Below are positions 30,900-50,991 of a stretch of 64,000 nucleotides of DNA, one piece after another. Source of the stretch: Candidatus Eiseniibacteriota bacterium (GTDB taxonomy: Bacteria; Eisenbacteria; RBG-16-71-46; JABDJR01). How positions within the stretch are numbered: position 1 is the first letter of the stretch; every line of letters begins with the position of its first letter. The position numbers were made by a program, and so were the translations under genes. The stretch lies in assembly GCA_963762255.1 (NCBI GenBank), contig CAVXKA010000002.1, positions 1,248,001 to 1,312,000 on the forward strand, written 5' to 3'. The notes beneath the pieces were generated by a model. That model made no database searches and was not told where the DNA came from. It was given only the letters and a program-made list of their open reading frames with translations.

Positions 30900-31525
30900 G
30901 ATTCGTAGGCCTCCTTGATCCCTTCGAGCGCGGTCGGCGTTACGACCAGCACCTCGGCGTCGATGAGGGCATAGACGTTGAGCGCGGAATGCGGGAGCAC
31001 GGTCACCCCCGGGATGTTCCGGCAGCTCTTCACGAAATTGCGGTCGGTGCCGGAGGTGATGAAGCACACCTTGCGCTCGCCGAGGCCGATCGCCTTCACG
31101 AGCCCGGCAACCGACTTGGTCTTGGGCGCCGTCATCGCCGGATCGTCCAGCACGGCGACGTTTCCTTCGATGGCCCGCTGGCTCAGGGCGGAGACCAGAG
31201 CCAGCCGCCGGAGCTTCTTGGGAATACGGTACGAGTAGTCCCGCGGCTGGGGTCCGAAGACCGTGGCGCCGCCGACGTACTGCGGAGCACGGGACGAACC
31301 CTGGCGCGCGCGTCCCGTTCCCTTCTGACGGAACGGCTTCTTGCCGCCGCCGCGGACCATGGAGAACGTCTTGGTGGCGGAGGTACCCCGGCGCTGGTTG
31401 GCCAGGTAGCACTTCACCGCTTCCCAGACCACGTGCTCGTTGGGTTCCGCCCCGAAAGCGATCTCGGGGAGGTCCACCTCACCGAGGAGCTTGCCGTCCA
31501 TGTTGTAGTGTTTTGCCTTTGGCAT
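30896..31525 (-). CDS. rplD: 50S ribosomal protein L4
   Basis: GGGKKPFRQKGTGRARQGS, FGPQPRDY. Confidence 0.97.
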   Translation of the reverse strand: MPKAKHYNMDGKLLGEVDLPEIAFGAEPNEHVVWEAVKCYLANQRRGTSATKTFSMVRGGGKKPFRQKGTGRARQGSSRAPQYVGGATVFGPQPRDYSYRIPKKLRRLALVSALSQRAIEGNVAVLDDPAMTAPKTKSVAGLVKAIGLGERKVCFITSGTDRNFVKSCRNIPGVTVLPHSALNVYALIDAEVLVVTPTALEGIKEAYES

Positions 31526-31534
31526 CGCTACCTC

Positions 31535-32158
31535 TTATTCCTTCTTTCCCGCCTCGCGGAGGACGAGATAGCCGTTGCGGGCGCCGGGCACCGCGCCCTT
31601 GAGCCAGATCAGGTTCAGCTCCACGTCCACTCCCACCACGGTGATGTTGCGCACGGTCACCCGCACGTTGCCCATCTGCCCCGGGAGCTTCTTGCCCGGA
31701 ATCACACGCGACGGCCAGGCGCTCGCGCCCACCGAGCCGGGAATCCGGCCGGTCTTGGAGCCGTGGGTGGCGGGGCCGCCCGAGAAGTGGTGGCGCTTCA
31801 CGACGCCCTGAAAACCGCGCCCGATCGAGGTGCCGATCACGTCGACCACCGCACCGGGGGCGAAGACATCGGCCTTCAGTTCGGCCCCGACCTCGAGGTC
31901 GGAGACGCCGCGGAACTCGCGGAGCACCCGCGTGGGAAGCACCCCCGCCTTGGCGAAGTGGCCCTTGCGCGGCTTGTTCACCCGCTTCTCGCGCGCGGGA
32001 TCGTAACCGACCTGGATGGCCTCGTAGCCGTCCTTCTCTTTCGTCTTCTTCTGAACCACCCAGCACGGGCCGGCGGCGATCACGGTCACCGGGATCACCT
32101 TCCCGTCCGGGTCGAAGACCTGGGTCATCCCGATCTTCTTGCCGATGATGGCTTTCAT
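31535..32158 (-). CDS. rplC: 50S ribosomal protein L3
   Basis: [33 protein letters not shown]. Confidence 0.97.
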   Translation of the reverse strand: MKAIIGKKIGMTQVFDPDGKVIPVTVIAAGPCWVVQKKTKEKDGYEAIQVGYDPAREKRVNKPRKGHFAKAGVLPTRVLREFRGVSDLEVGAELKADVFAPGAVVDVIGTSIGRGFQGVVKRHHFSGGPATHGSKTGRIPGSVGASAWPSRVIPGKKLPGQMGNVRVTVRNITVVGVDVELNLIWLKGAVPGARNGYLVLREAGKKE

Positions 32159-32251
32159 CGTATTCCTCTCCTGCTTCCGGCGGACCGCCCGCGGGCGTTC
32201 ACGGAAGCGCCTCGGCGCTGACACCCGCCGGACGGCGGGCATGCGGCGCGA

Positions 32252-32560
32252 CTACAGCTTGATGTCGATGTCGACCCCGGCGGGCAGGTCGAGCTTCATG
32301 AGCGCGTCGATCGTCTGCGGATTCGACTGCGTGATGTCGATAAGCCGCTTGTGGACGCGGATCTCGAACTGCTCCCGCGACTTCTTGTCCACGTGCGGCG
32401 AACGCAGGACCGTCCACACGTGCCGCCGCGTAGGCAGCGGAACCGGCCCCGAGGTCATGGCCCCGGTGCGCCGAGCGGTGCGGACGATTTCGCCAGCCGA
32501 TGTGTCCAGGATCGCGTGGTCGTAGGACCGAAGCCGGATCCTGATGCGTTGACTCGCCAC
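32252..32560 (-). CDS. rpsJ: 30S ribosomal protein S10
   Basis: [27 protein letters not shown]. Confidence 0.98.
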   Translation of the reverse strand: MASQRIRIRLRSYDHAILDTSAGEIVRTARRTGAMTSGPVPLPTRRHVWTVLRSPHVDKKSREQFEIRVHKRLIDITQSNPQTIDALMKLDLPAGVDIDIKL

Positions 32561-32577
32561 GAACTCCTCCTTCGCCC

Positions 32578-33768
<1,191 letters not shown>

Positions 33769-33821
33769 CCTTCTACTTCCTCCGAACCGGCCCGCGGCCA
33801 CACGGCCGCCGGCCTCCTCGC

Positions 33822-35897
33822 CTAGGCGACGCCCCTGATCTTGGCCACGAGCTCCGACTCCAGGCTCTCCGGGAGCGGCTCGTAACGGGAAAACTGCATG
33901 CTGAACACGCCGCGCCCCTGGGTGATGGAGCGCAGCCGATTCACGTAACCGAACATCTCCGAGAGCGGGACCGAGGCGGCGACCACGCGGGCATCGCCGC
34001 GCTGGAACATGCCGCCGATGCGCCCGCGCTTGGAACTCAAGTCCCCCATCACGTCGCCCATGTACTCCTCGGGGACCACCACCTCCACGTCCATGATGGG
34101 CTCGAGCAGCTTGGGCTTGGCCTTGCGGGCGCCCTCGCGCAGCGCCATGGAGCCCGCCACCTTGAACGCGATGTCGGACGAATCCACGTCGTGGTACGAC
34201 CCGTCGAGCAGCGTCGCCCGCACACCCACCATCGGATAACCGGCCAAGGGGCCGCTGTCCATGGCCTCGCGCAGGCCGCGCTCTACCGAGGGGATGTACT
34301 CGCGGGGGATCACTCCGCCGACGATGCGGTTCACGAACTCGAACCCGCCGGCGAACGGCTCGAGCCGCACGGACACGTCTCCGTACTGGCCGCGGCCGCC
34401 GGTCTGGCGGATGAAGCGGGCGCGATGCTCGACCGTCTCGCTGATGGTCTCCTTGTAGGCGACCTGCGGGCGGCCGATGTTGGCGGCGACCCCGAACTCG
34501 CGCTTCATGCGCTCGACGAGAATCTCGAGGTGCAGCTCGCCCATCCCGCGGATGAGGGTCTGCGCGGTGTCCTCGTCGATGCGCACCTTGAAGGTCGGAT
34601 CTTCCTCGGCGAGCTTCTGCAGCGCGACCGCGAGCTTGTCCTCGTCGGCCTTGGTCTTGGGCTCGATGGCCACCGAGATCACCGGCTCCGGAAAGTTCAT
34701 GGTCTCGAGCAGGAGCGGCTCCGCCTTCATGCAGAGCGTGTCGCCGGTGCCGACGTGGCGCAAGCCGACCGCCGCCGCGATGTCCCCGGTCTGGACCCCG
34801 TCGAGATCCTCGCGCTTGACCGAGTGCATGGCCACGATCTGGCCCAGCCGCTCCACCCGGTCGCGGCTCGCGTTGTAGATCTGGATCCCCGCCTTGGCGT
34901 GGCCCGAGTAGACGCGGAAATACGTGAGCTTCCCGACGTAAGGGTCGGTCGTGATCTTGAAGGCCAGCGCGGCGAAGGGGGCATCGTCGGAGGGAGGCAG
35001 CATGACCTCTTCGAGCGTGCCGACGCGATGGGCGGTCACCGGGGGAAGGTCGATCGGCGACGGGAGGTACTCGACCACCCCGTCCAGCAGGCGCTGCACG
35101 CCCTTGTTCTTGAAAGCCGCACCCGCGAACACCGGAACGATCTTGCCGTCGATCGTGCCCTTGCGGATCGCCGCGCGCAGATCGTCTTCGGTGATCGTCT
35201 CCCCCTCGACGTACTTGTGGGCGACCGCGTCGTCGCAGTCCGCCGCTTCCTCGATGAGGTGGCGCCGCGCCGCCGCCGCCATCTCGACGAGATCGCGCGG
35301 CATCGCATGCTCCACGAAGGTGGCGCCGAGGGTTTCCTCGTTGTAGGTGATGAAGACCTGGCGCACCAGATCGACGATCCCCTGGAAGTTGTCGTTGAGC
35401 TTGACCGGGATCTGCACCGGCACCGGCCGGGCGCCGAGACGGTCCCGCATCATCTGGACCACGTGCTCGAAGTCCGAGCCCACGCGGTCCATCTTGTTGA
35501 CGAACGCGATGCGGGGAACGCGGTACTTGTCCGCCTGCCGCCACACCGTCTCCGATTGGGGCTCCACGCCGCCCACGCCGCAGAACACCGCGATGGCCCC
35601 GTCGAGGACCCTGAGCGAGCGCTCCACTTCCATGGTGAAGTCCACGTGGCCCGGAGTGTCGATGATGTTGATCTTGTGGTCGCGCCAGTAGCAGGTGGTG
35701 GCGGCGGACGTGATGGTGATGCCGCGCTCCTTTTCCTGCTCCATCCAATCCATGATGGTGGTCCCGTCGTGCACCTCGCCCATGCGGTGGATGCGGCCGG
35801 TGAAGAACAGGATGCGCTCGGTCAAGGTGGTCTTACCGGCATCAATGTGGGCCATGATGCCGATGTTCCTCACCCTTTCCAGTGCGTAGCGATTCAT
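33822..35897 (-). CDS. fusA: Elongation factor G
   Basis: [40 protein letters not shown]. Confidence 0.98.
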   Translation of the reverse strand: MNRYALERVRNIGIMAHIDAGKTTLTERILFFTGRIHRMGEVHDGTTIMDWMEQEKERGITITSAATTCYWRDHKINIIDTPGHVDFTMEVERSLRVLDGAIAVFCGVGGVEPQSETVWRQADKYRVPRIAFVNKMDRVGSDFEHVVQMMRDRLGARPVPVQIPVKLNDNFQGIVDLVRQVFITYNEETLGATFVEHAMPRDLVEMAAAARRHLIEEAADCDDAVAHKYVEGETITEDDLRAAIRKGTIDGKIVPVFAGAAFKNKGVQRLLDGVVEYLPSPIDLPPVTAHRVGTLEEVMLPPSDDAPFAALAFKITTDPYVGKLTYFRVYSGHAKAGIQIYNASRDRVERLGQIVAMHSVKREDLDGVQTGDIAAAVGLRHVGTGDTLCMKAEPLLLETMNFPEPVISVAIEPKTKADEDKLAVALQKLAEEDPTFKVRIDEDTAQTLIRGMGELHLEILVERMKREFGVAANIGRPQVAYKETISETVEHRARFIRQTGGRGQYGDVSVRLEPFAGGFEFVNRIVGGVIPREYIPSVERGLREAMDSGPLAGYPMVGVRATLLDGSYHDVDSSDIAFKVAGSMALREGARKAKPKLLEPIMDVEVVVPEEYMGDVMGDLSSKRGRIGGMFQRGDARVVAASVPLSEMFGYVNRLRSITQGRGVFSMQFSRYEPLPESLESELVAKIRGVA

Positions 35898-35937
35898 CAC
35901 TGCTCTCTCGTCCAGCCGGGACCGGCCGAACCTCTCC

Positions 35938-36408
35938 TTACCAGCGGTAGTGGCTGAAGGCCTTGTTGGCCTCCGCCATCTTGTGAGTGTCTTCGCGCTT
36001 CTTCACCGCCCCGCCCTCGTTCTTGGCGGCGGCGACCATCTCGGCGGCCAGACGCTCGGCCATGGTCTTTTCCGGCCGCGCGGAGGCATAGGTGATGGCC
36101 CAGCGCAGCGCCAGCGCGGTCCGCCGCTCCGGGCGGACCTCGACCGGCACCTGATAGGTGGCGCCGCCGACGCGCCGGCTCTTCACCTCGACCACCGGCT
36201 TGATGTTGCTGATGGCCTGCTTGAGCACGGCGATGCCTTCCTGGCCCGTCCGCTGCTCCATCATCTGCACCGCCTCGTACATGATCCCTTCGGCCAGGCT
36301 CTTCTTGCCCCGACCCATCAGGGCATTGATGAAGCGGCTGACCAGGATGCTGTTGAACTTGGGGTCGGGCAGCAGCTCTTTCCTGGGGGTATAGCCCTTG
36401 CGCGGCAT
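35938..36408 (-). CDS. rpsG: 30S ribosomal protein S7
   Basis: MPRKG...[33 protein letters not shown]. Confidence 0.98.
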   Translation of the reverse strand: MPRKGYTPRKELLPDPKFNSILVSRFINALMGRGKKSLAEGIMYEAVQMMEQRTGQEGIAVLKQAISNIKPVVEVKSRRVGGATYQVPVEVRPERRTALALRWAITYASARPEKTMAERLAAEMVAAAKNEGGAVKKREDTHKMAEANKAFSHYRW

Positions 36409-36664
36409 GGTCTCGTCGTGTCCTCTCTGGTTCGTGCCGGCGCCGGAGCGCCGGAGCGCGCCGGCTCCCGCCGTCGCCGGATGGCCTTCCGGGCAGGGCA
36501 CACGAACCCCGCACCGGTCTGTCGCGGAAATTGGGCGCCGCGTCGCGCGACGCGCTGCATTTCCGAATGAGTCGCCGGACCGCGGAGACAGCCGGCGGCG
36601 GACATAGCCCGGGCCGAAGCGGTCCGGACGCGCCCGAAGATCCCCCCCTACCGAGGGATGGTCG

Positions 36665-37039
36665 TTATTTCTTGGGTCTCTTGGTCCCGTACTTGGAGCG
36701 GCTGCGATGCCGGCCGTCAACCCCGCTGGCGTCCAACGTCCCGCGAATGATGTGGTAGCGGACGCCAGGAAGATCCTTCACGCGCCCCCCGCGGATGAGC
36801 ACGATCGAGTGCTCCTGAAGGTTGTGGCCTTCGCCGGGGATATACGCGGTGACCTCGATGTTGTTCGTCAGCCGGACACGAGCGACCTTGCGTAGAGCCG
36901 AGTTCGGCTTCTTGGGCGTAGTGGTGTACACACGGGTGCAGACGCCGCGCTTCTGGGGCGAGCCCTTCAACGCCGGCGCCGTTCCCTTGCGAACGACCCG
37001 ATTACGTCCTTTCCGAACTAGCTGATTCAAGGTCGGCAA
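36665..37039 (-). CDS. rpsL: 30S ribosomal protein S12 (TTG start)
   Basis: [33 protein letters not shown]; AGGAGG SD before TTG 37039. Confidence 0.98.
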   Translation of the reverse strand: MPTLNQLVRKGRNRVVRKGTAPALKGSPQKRGVCTRVYTTTPKKPNSALRKVARVRLTNNIEVTAYIPGEGHNLQEHSIVLIRGGRVKDLPGVRYHIIRGTLDASGVDGRHRSRSKYGTKRPKK

Positions 37040-37262
37040 CGCACTCCTCCTTCCGACACCCGGATCCCGAAGCCCGGACCCTCCACCCCCATGCGACCGC
37101 ACCGCCGGCAACGCCCACGCGGGCTTTCTCCGAATGCTCGGCGGTGATCGCACCAGGCTCGGCACAGGGCTTTTTTGGCCGGTCTCCCGAACCTCTAAGT
37201 CCCTATACCGCAGTAGGTTAGCTGGATTGGCCAGGGCAGGGGGTCCAAGGCACAAGACCGGT

Positions 37263-37291
37263 ATCCTATGCCTCGACCTCCCGACTGTCAA
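37263..37291 (-). promoter_or_regulatory. sigma70 promoter of the str operon
   Basis: TTGACA-N17-TAGGAT on the minus strand, between rpoC and rpsL. Confidence 0.65.
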
Positions 37292-37306
37292 GACGTTTTG
37301 TTGAAA

Positions 37307-41473
<4,167 letters not shown>

Positions 41474-41501
41474 GGTCTCTCTCACCTCTTTCCGGAGAAG
41501 C

Positions 41502-45366
<3,865 letters not shown>

Positions 45367-45473
45367 GGCCGTTGTCCTTGTTCGAGGTGAAGGGTGCGGG
45401 CCGGACTGGCCGGCCCACACCCGGATTTACACGGTCACGGCCGAGGCGCGGCCGGAGCTGAGCGACGCCGGGA

Positions 45474-45872
45474 CTACTTGATCTCCACGCTGGCGCCGGA
45501 CTCCTCCAACTTCGCCTTGATGGAGGCCGCCTCGTCCTTGGTGACGCCCTCCTTGACCGCCTTGGGGGCGCCCTCGACCAGGTCCTTGGCCTCCTTGAGG
45601 CCGAGGCTGGTCAGCTCGCGCACCACCTTGATGACCTGGATCTTCTTCTCGCCGGCGCCGGTGAGGATGACGTCGAACTCGGTCTTCTCCTCCGCGGCGG
45701 CGGGCGCGGCGCCCATCATCATGGGGCCGGCCATCATCGGCATGGCGGCGGTGACGTCGAATTCCTCTTCGATCGCCTTCACCAGGTCGTTGACCTGGAG
45801 AATGGTCATGGTCTTGATCTTGGCCACGATGTCTTGGATCTCGGGGCTCAGGGTCTTGGTGTCTTCGGACAT
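45474..45872 (-). CDS. rplL: 50S ribosomal protein L7/L12
   Basis: [30 protein letters not shown]. Confidence 0.98.
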   Translation of the reverse strand: MSEDTKTLSPEIQDIVAKIKTMTILQVNDLVKAIEEEFDVTAAMPMMAGPMMMGAAPAAAEEKTEFDVILTGAGEKKIQVIKVVRELTSLGLKEAKDLVEGAPKAVKEGVTKDEAASIKAKLEESGASVEIK

Positions 45873-45887
45873 TTCAGTTTTCCTCCT

Positions 45888-45920
45888 CCCCGCTGTCTTC
45901 GGGGGGCACCCTCGGCGGGG
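45888..45920 (-). ncRNA. Candidate circularly permuted L10-leader-like cis-regulatory RNA upstream of rplL
   Basis: mRNA sense CCCCGC-CGA-GGG-UGCCC-CCC-GAAGACA-GCGGGG, immediately followed by the SD AGGAGGA. Confidence 0.6.
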
Positions 45921-45976
45921 TTGCGGTTTAAAGGAGCGGAGCCGCCAAACCAGGGCGGAGCCGCCGGCGTAGTCGC

Positions 45977-46492
45977 CTACGCCTTGTGTTCGGCGACCTG
46001 CTTGATCACCGAGGCCAGATCGCGCAGCGGGCAGGAAAGCGCGCTGTGCAGCTTCTGGATCGGCGACTTGAGGCCGCTCAGGAGCCGGCCCAGGAGTACG
46101 TCGCGGCCCGGAAGGGCAGCGAGCGTCGTCACCTGGGCGGCATCGATCACCCGGCCTTCGAGAACCCCCGCCTTGAACGCAGGCCTCTCGAACTCCTTCA
46201 TGAAGTCCGCGAGCACCTTGGCGGGCAGAATCTCGTCCGTGGCGCTGATCGCGACCGCGGTGGGGCCGTTGAGATACGGATCGAGCGCGCCGCGCACCGG
46301 CTCATCGAAGGCCCGGCGCACCAGCGTGTTCTTCACCACTTGGAAGTGCACGCCCGACTGGCGGCACTTGACCCGGAGCTTGGTAGCGGTGGCCACGTCC
46401 ATTCCCTGGAAATCGGCGAAATAGACGCCCTTCGCGCTCTCGAGCCGGGACTTGAGACTGTCGACGACTTCGACCTTCTGCGGCTTTGCCAT
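45977..46492 (-). CDS. rplJ: 50S ribosomal protein L10
   Basis: ADFQG, VVKNTL, GPTAVA, LAALPGR. Confidence 0.96.
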   Translation of the reverse strand: MAKPQKVEVVDSLKSRLESAKGVYFADFQGMDVATATKLRVKCRQSGVHFQVVKNTLVRRAFDEPVRGALDPYLNGPTAVAISATDEILPAKVLADFMKEFERPAFKAGVLEGRVIDAAQVTTLAALPGRDVLLGRLLSGLKSPIQKLHSALSCPLRDLASVIKQVAEHKA

Positions 46493-46502
46493 GTTGCCTC
46501 CC

Positions 46503-47201
46503 CTACTTCGTCATCGCCATGGCGGCGAGAGGATCGAGCTTGAGCCCCGGACCCATGGTCGTGCTGAGGGTCACCGAGCGGACGTACTGGCCCTTGGCCG
46601 CGGCCGGCTTGGCGCGGAGGATCTCGTGGAGGAGCGCCCGCGCGTTCTCTTCCAATTGCTCCTCGCTGAACGAGGCCTTGCCGATGGGGCCGGCCACGTT
46701 GCCGCCCTTGTCCACGCGGAACTCGATCTTGCCCGCCTTGAGTTCGCGCACCGCCTTCGCCACATCGAAGGTGACCGTGCCCGACTTGGGGTTCGGCATG
46801 AGACCGCGGGGGCCGAGGATCTTACCCAGCTTGCCGACCTCGCCCATCATGTCGGGCGTGGCCACCACCGCGTCGAAATCGAGCCAACCTTCCTTGATCT
46901 TCTCGACGAACTCCACGCCCACGAAGTCGGCGCCCGCATCCGTGGCCTCTTTCATCTTCTCGCCCTTGGCGAAGGCGAGGACGCGGAGCTGCTTGCCGGT
47001 CCCGTGGGGGAGCACCACCGTGCCGCGCACGATCTGGTCGGCGTAGCGCGGGTCGACGTTGAGGCGGGTGGACACCTCCACCGACTCGTCGAACTTCGCG
47101 CTGGCGGTCTGCTTGAGGTTCTTGATCAGCTCCTTAAGATCGGTGTAGGGCCCTCGGGGGACCTTCGTCTGCACATTGTCGTATCGCTTACCGTGCTTCA
47201 T
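46503..47201 (-). CDS. rplA: 50S ribosomal protein L1
   Basis: [35 protein letters not shown]. Confidence 0.98.
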   Translation of the reverse strand: MKHGKRYDNVQTKVPRGPYTDLKELIKNLKQTASAKFDESVEVSTRLNVDPRYADQIVRGTVVLPHGTGKQLRVLAFAKGEKMKEATDAGADFVGVEFVEKIKEGWLDFDAVVATPDMMGEVGKLGKILGPRGLMPNPKSGTVTFDVAKAVRELKAGKIEFRVDKGGNVAGPIGKASFSEEQLEENARALLHEILRAKPAAAKGQYVRSVTLSTTMGPGLKLDPLAAMAMTK

Positions 47202-47204
47202 GGT

Positions 47205-47630
47205 CTACCCCTTCACCTCGATGCCCATGCTGCGGGCCGTGCCCGCCACCATGCTCATCGCCGTCTCGAGAGATGCCGCGTTGAGATCCGTCATCTTGAG
47301 CTGCGCGATCTCCTTGACCTGATCCGGGGTCACCGAGCCCACCTTGTTGCGGTTGGGTTCGCCCGACCCCTTGGCCAGGTTGGCGGCGCGCTTCAAGAGC
47401 ACCGCCGCGGGGGGCGTCTTGAGAATGAAGGTGAAGGACTTGTCCTTGAACACGCTGATGACGACCGGGATGATGAGCCCGGCCTGCGCCTGCGTCTTCG
47501 AATTGAAGTCCTTGCAGAAGGCCATAATGTTGATCCCGGCCTGACCGAGGGCCGGCCCCACGGGGGGCGCCGGCGTCGCCGAACCGGCCGGAATCTGAAG
47601 CTTGATGGTCTTTTCCAGTACTTGCGCCAT
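47205..47630 (-). CDS. rplK: 50S ribosomal protein L11
   Basis: [28 protein letters not shown]. Confidence 0.98.
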   Translation of the reverse strand: MAQVLEKTIKLQIPAGSATPAPPVGPALGQAGINIMAFCKDFNSKTQAQAGLIIPVVISVFKDKSFTFILKTPPAAVLLKRAANLAKGSGEPNRNKVGSVTPDQVKEIAQLKMTDLNAASLETAMSMVAGTARSMGIEVKG

Positions 47631-47709
47631 CTCTCCCTCCTGACCTTCGCCGTCCCGCGAGGGGCGGCGGATCGAGGTGCCTACGAGACTGAGGCCCTTT
47701 GCCCGGGGC

Positions 47710-48246
47710 CTAGACGGGTTTTACTTGCAGAAAATCGAGTTCGACCGGGGTCGCGCGTCCGAAGATCGACACCATGACCTTCAGCTTGCCCCGTTCCCCG
47801 TTCACCTCGTCCACCACTCCGGTGAAATCCGTGAACGGGCCGTCGGTGACCTTCACGTGGTCGCCGACCTTGTAGGGAACCTCCAGCGGCTCGCGAGGCT
47901 TGGTGCTGTCGAGGCGACCGAGTATCCGGTTCACCTCGTCCTCGCCGAGCGGTATCGGATCCTGGCCGGTACCGACGAACCGAGTCACCCCGGGGATCGC
48001 GGCCACGATGCTCTGGGTATCGCTGTCGAAATCCATCTCCACCAAAACGTATGAAGGAAAGGTCTTGCGCTTGGTGACCACGCGCTGCCCGTCCCTCATC
48101 TCCGCGTGCTCTTCCATCGCCACGAGGATCCGTCCGAACTTGTCCTCTACGCCGGCATTGCGGGCCGCGCGCTCAAGGTTGTTCTTCACCTTGTTCTCGT
48201 GCCCGGAGTAGGTATGGATGACGTACCACTTCTTGGTCATTAGCAT
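47710..48246 (-). CDS. nusG: Transcription termination/antitermination factor NusG
   Basis: [40 protein letters not shown]. Confidence 0.97.
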   Translation of the reverse strand: MLMTKKWYVIHTYSGHENKVKNNLERAARNAGVEDKFGRILVAMEEHAEMRDGQRVVTKRKTFPSYVLVEMDFDSDTQSIVAAIPGVTRFVGTGQDPIPLGEDEVNRILGRLDSTKPREPLEVPYKVGDHVKVTDGPFTDFTGVVDEVNGERGKLKVMVSIFGRATPVELDFLQVKPV

Positions 48247-48250
48247 CCGC

Positions 48251-48439
48251 CTACATGAAGAGCCCGAGGCCCAGACTGAGGGCTCGGTCCACCACGAAGA
48301 GATAGATCATGATGAAGAACGTGGCCACGATGACCACGGTGGTGGAACCCTTCAGCTCCTCGCGGCTCGGCCAGGTGACCTTCCGCGACTCGGCCCAGGC
48401 CGACTGCACGAACGCCGTTGTGCGCTGCACGATGGACAT
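48251..48439 (-). CDS. secE: Preprotein translocase SecE
   Basis: ESRKVTWPSREEL followed by one TM helix; between tRNA-Trp and nusG. Confidence 0.93.
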   Translation of the reverse strand: MSIVQRTTAFVQSAWAESRKVTWPSREELKGSTTVVIVATFFIMIYLFVVDRALSLGLGLFM

Positions 48440-48510
48440 GGTGTTCCCAGTCTCTCCTCGTTGGGTCGTGGCCGGCGGCTCCGATTGTAGGAACCGCCGG
48501 CGCGGCCGTC

Positions 48511-48586
48511 TGGCAGGTCAGGCAGGACTTGAACCCGCAACCCCCGGTTTTGGAGACCGGTGCTCTACCAATTGAGCTACTGACCT
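48511..48586 (-). tRNA. tRNA-Trp(CCA)
   Basis: AGGTCAG acceptor, CTCCAAA loop, encoded CCA end; 76 nt. Confidence 0.97.
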
Positions 48587-48626
48587 TCAGCTCCCCGGGG
48601 GCCGTGTTGCCCCCAAGAGGCGAAAA

Positions 48627-48785
48627 TCAACGCGTTTCCTTGTGGGGGGTGTGCGTCCTGCAGAACGGACAGAACTTTTTGTGCTCCACCCGGTCCGGAT
48701 GCTTCCGCTTGTTCTTGGTGCCTGTGTAGTTGCGGCGCTTACAGGTGCCGCAGGCCAGGATGATCTTTTCTCGGACCGCCGCCAT
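48627..48785 (-). CDS. rpmG: 50S ribosomal protein L33 (Zn-ribbon type)
   Basis: [52 protein letters not shown]; 52 aa, not in the ORF track. Confidence 0.95.
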   Translation of the reverse strand: MAAVREKIILACGTCKRRNYTGTKNKRKHPDRVEHKKFCPFCRTHTPHKETR

Positions 48786-48873
48786 TGCTCTTCAGACTCC
48801 TAACGGGCCTCCCGCGAGGGCCCCGTTGATGCCGGCTGCCCCGCGCGGGAGCGGCCGGCCGAACGTGATCGGG

Positions 48874-50064
<1,191 letters not shown>

Positions 50065-50131
50065 CCTTCTACTTCCTCCGAAGAAGGGTCGGTGACCCGG
50101 CTGCGACCAGCGTATTCCGCCAGGAGTTGAG

Positions 50132-50207
50132 TGGAGCCCACGAGCGGAATCGAACCGCTGACCTTTTGCTTACCATGCAAATGCTCTACCGACTGAGCTA
50201 CGTGGGC
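50132..50207 (-). tRNA. tRNA-Thr(GGT)
   Basis: GCCCACG acceptor, ATGGTAA loop, CCA end. Confidence 0.96.
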
Positions 50208-50328
50208 AAACCCGGCAGCGTCCCAGGCTCGGCCGCGCAGTCCACCCCCCCAAAGGCCGCTTTGAGGCCAGGATTCTGTGCACGGGGGAATAGGACGCGG
50301 GAGCTGTACTGTTAAAGACAGGCGGGGG

Positions 50329-50357
50329 AGTCTAAGTTCCTGGCCCCGCTGTGTCAA
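50329..50357 (-). promoter_or_regulatory. Internal sigma70 promoter for tRNA-Thr(GGT)-tuf
   Basis: TTGACA-N17-TAGACT. Confidence 0.6.
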
Positions 50358-50426
50358 GGCCCCGATCTCACCCGGGTTCGCCCCCCCTGTTGAGGGGGGT
50401 GGCCCCCCCTGGGGGGGCCGAAAGGT

Positions 50427-50503
50427 TGGAGCGGGAAACGGGATTCGAACCCGCGACCCTCAGCTTGGAAGGCTGATGCTCTAGCCAACTGAGCTATTCC
50501 CGC
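50427..50503 (-). tRNA. tRNA-Gly(TCC)
   Basis: GCGGGAA acceptor, CTTCCAA loop, CCA end. Confidence 0.97.
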
Positions 50504-50555
50504 TCTTTCAGGCCCGGCCCCGGCGGGAACGCGGGCCGGCGTCCCGCCGGCAACT

Positions 50556-50641
50556 TGGTGGAGGGGGGAGGATTCGAACCTCCGAAGGCGATAGCCGACA
50601 GATTTACAGTCTGTTCCCTTTGGCCGCTCGGGAACCCCTCC
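50556..50641 (-). tRNA. tRNA-Tyr(GTA)
   Basis: GGAGGGG acceptor, CTGTAAA loop, long variable arm, CCA end; 86 nt. Confidence 0.97.
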
Positions 50642-50744
50642 TTAAACCCATATCTGACAAGGAGTTAGTCTGATATTGACGGCGACGCCCCCTGCCGGAT
50701 CCCACGCACCACCCCTGCCGCCAACTTATTGTCCCAGAAGAAGT

Positions 50745-50819
50745 TGGAGCTGGCGACGGGAATCGAACCCATAACCCCCTCATTACAAGTGAGGAGCTCT
50801 ACCGTTGAGCTACGCCAGC
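50745..50819 (-). tRNA. tRNA-Thr(TGT)
   Basis: GCTGGCG acceptor, CTTGTAA loop, CCA end. Confidence 0.96.
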
Positions 50820-50886
50820 CCAGGGAGTGCCGGACGGGGAGGCCGGCCGGCGGGATCGAGCCGGCAGCGACGTCATGAGCCCGAAG

Positions 50887-50916
50887 AAGGTACGCAAGCA
50901 CCCGGGGGTGTGTCAA
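50887..50916 (-). promoter_or_regulatory. sigma70 promoter of the tRNA cluster/superoperon
   Basis: TTGACA-N18-TACCTT. Confidence 0.55.
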
Positions 50917-50991
50917 CGCGAAACCCGTTTCGATGGACGGGTCCGGCCGCCGGACACGTGTTGCGTCCGGCGGCCTCAGTTCCATACCTCT

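Noticed and set aside
50132-50207. Purine (A32) in the tRNA-Thr(GGT) anticodon loop
   Set aside because: As I recall, the AUGGUAA loop occurs in other bacterial Thr(GGU) tRNAs such as B. subtilis; not unusual.
50375-50425. G/C-run hairpins between tRNA-Gly and tRNA-Thr
   Set aside because: Consistent with ordinary tRNA spacer or terminator structures.
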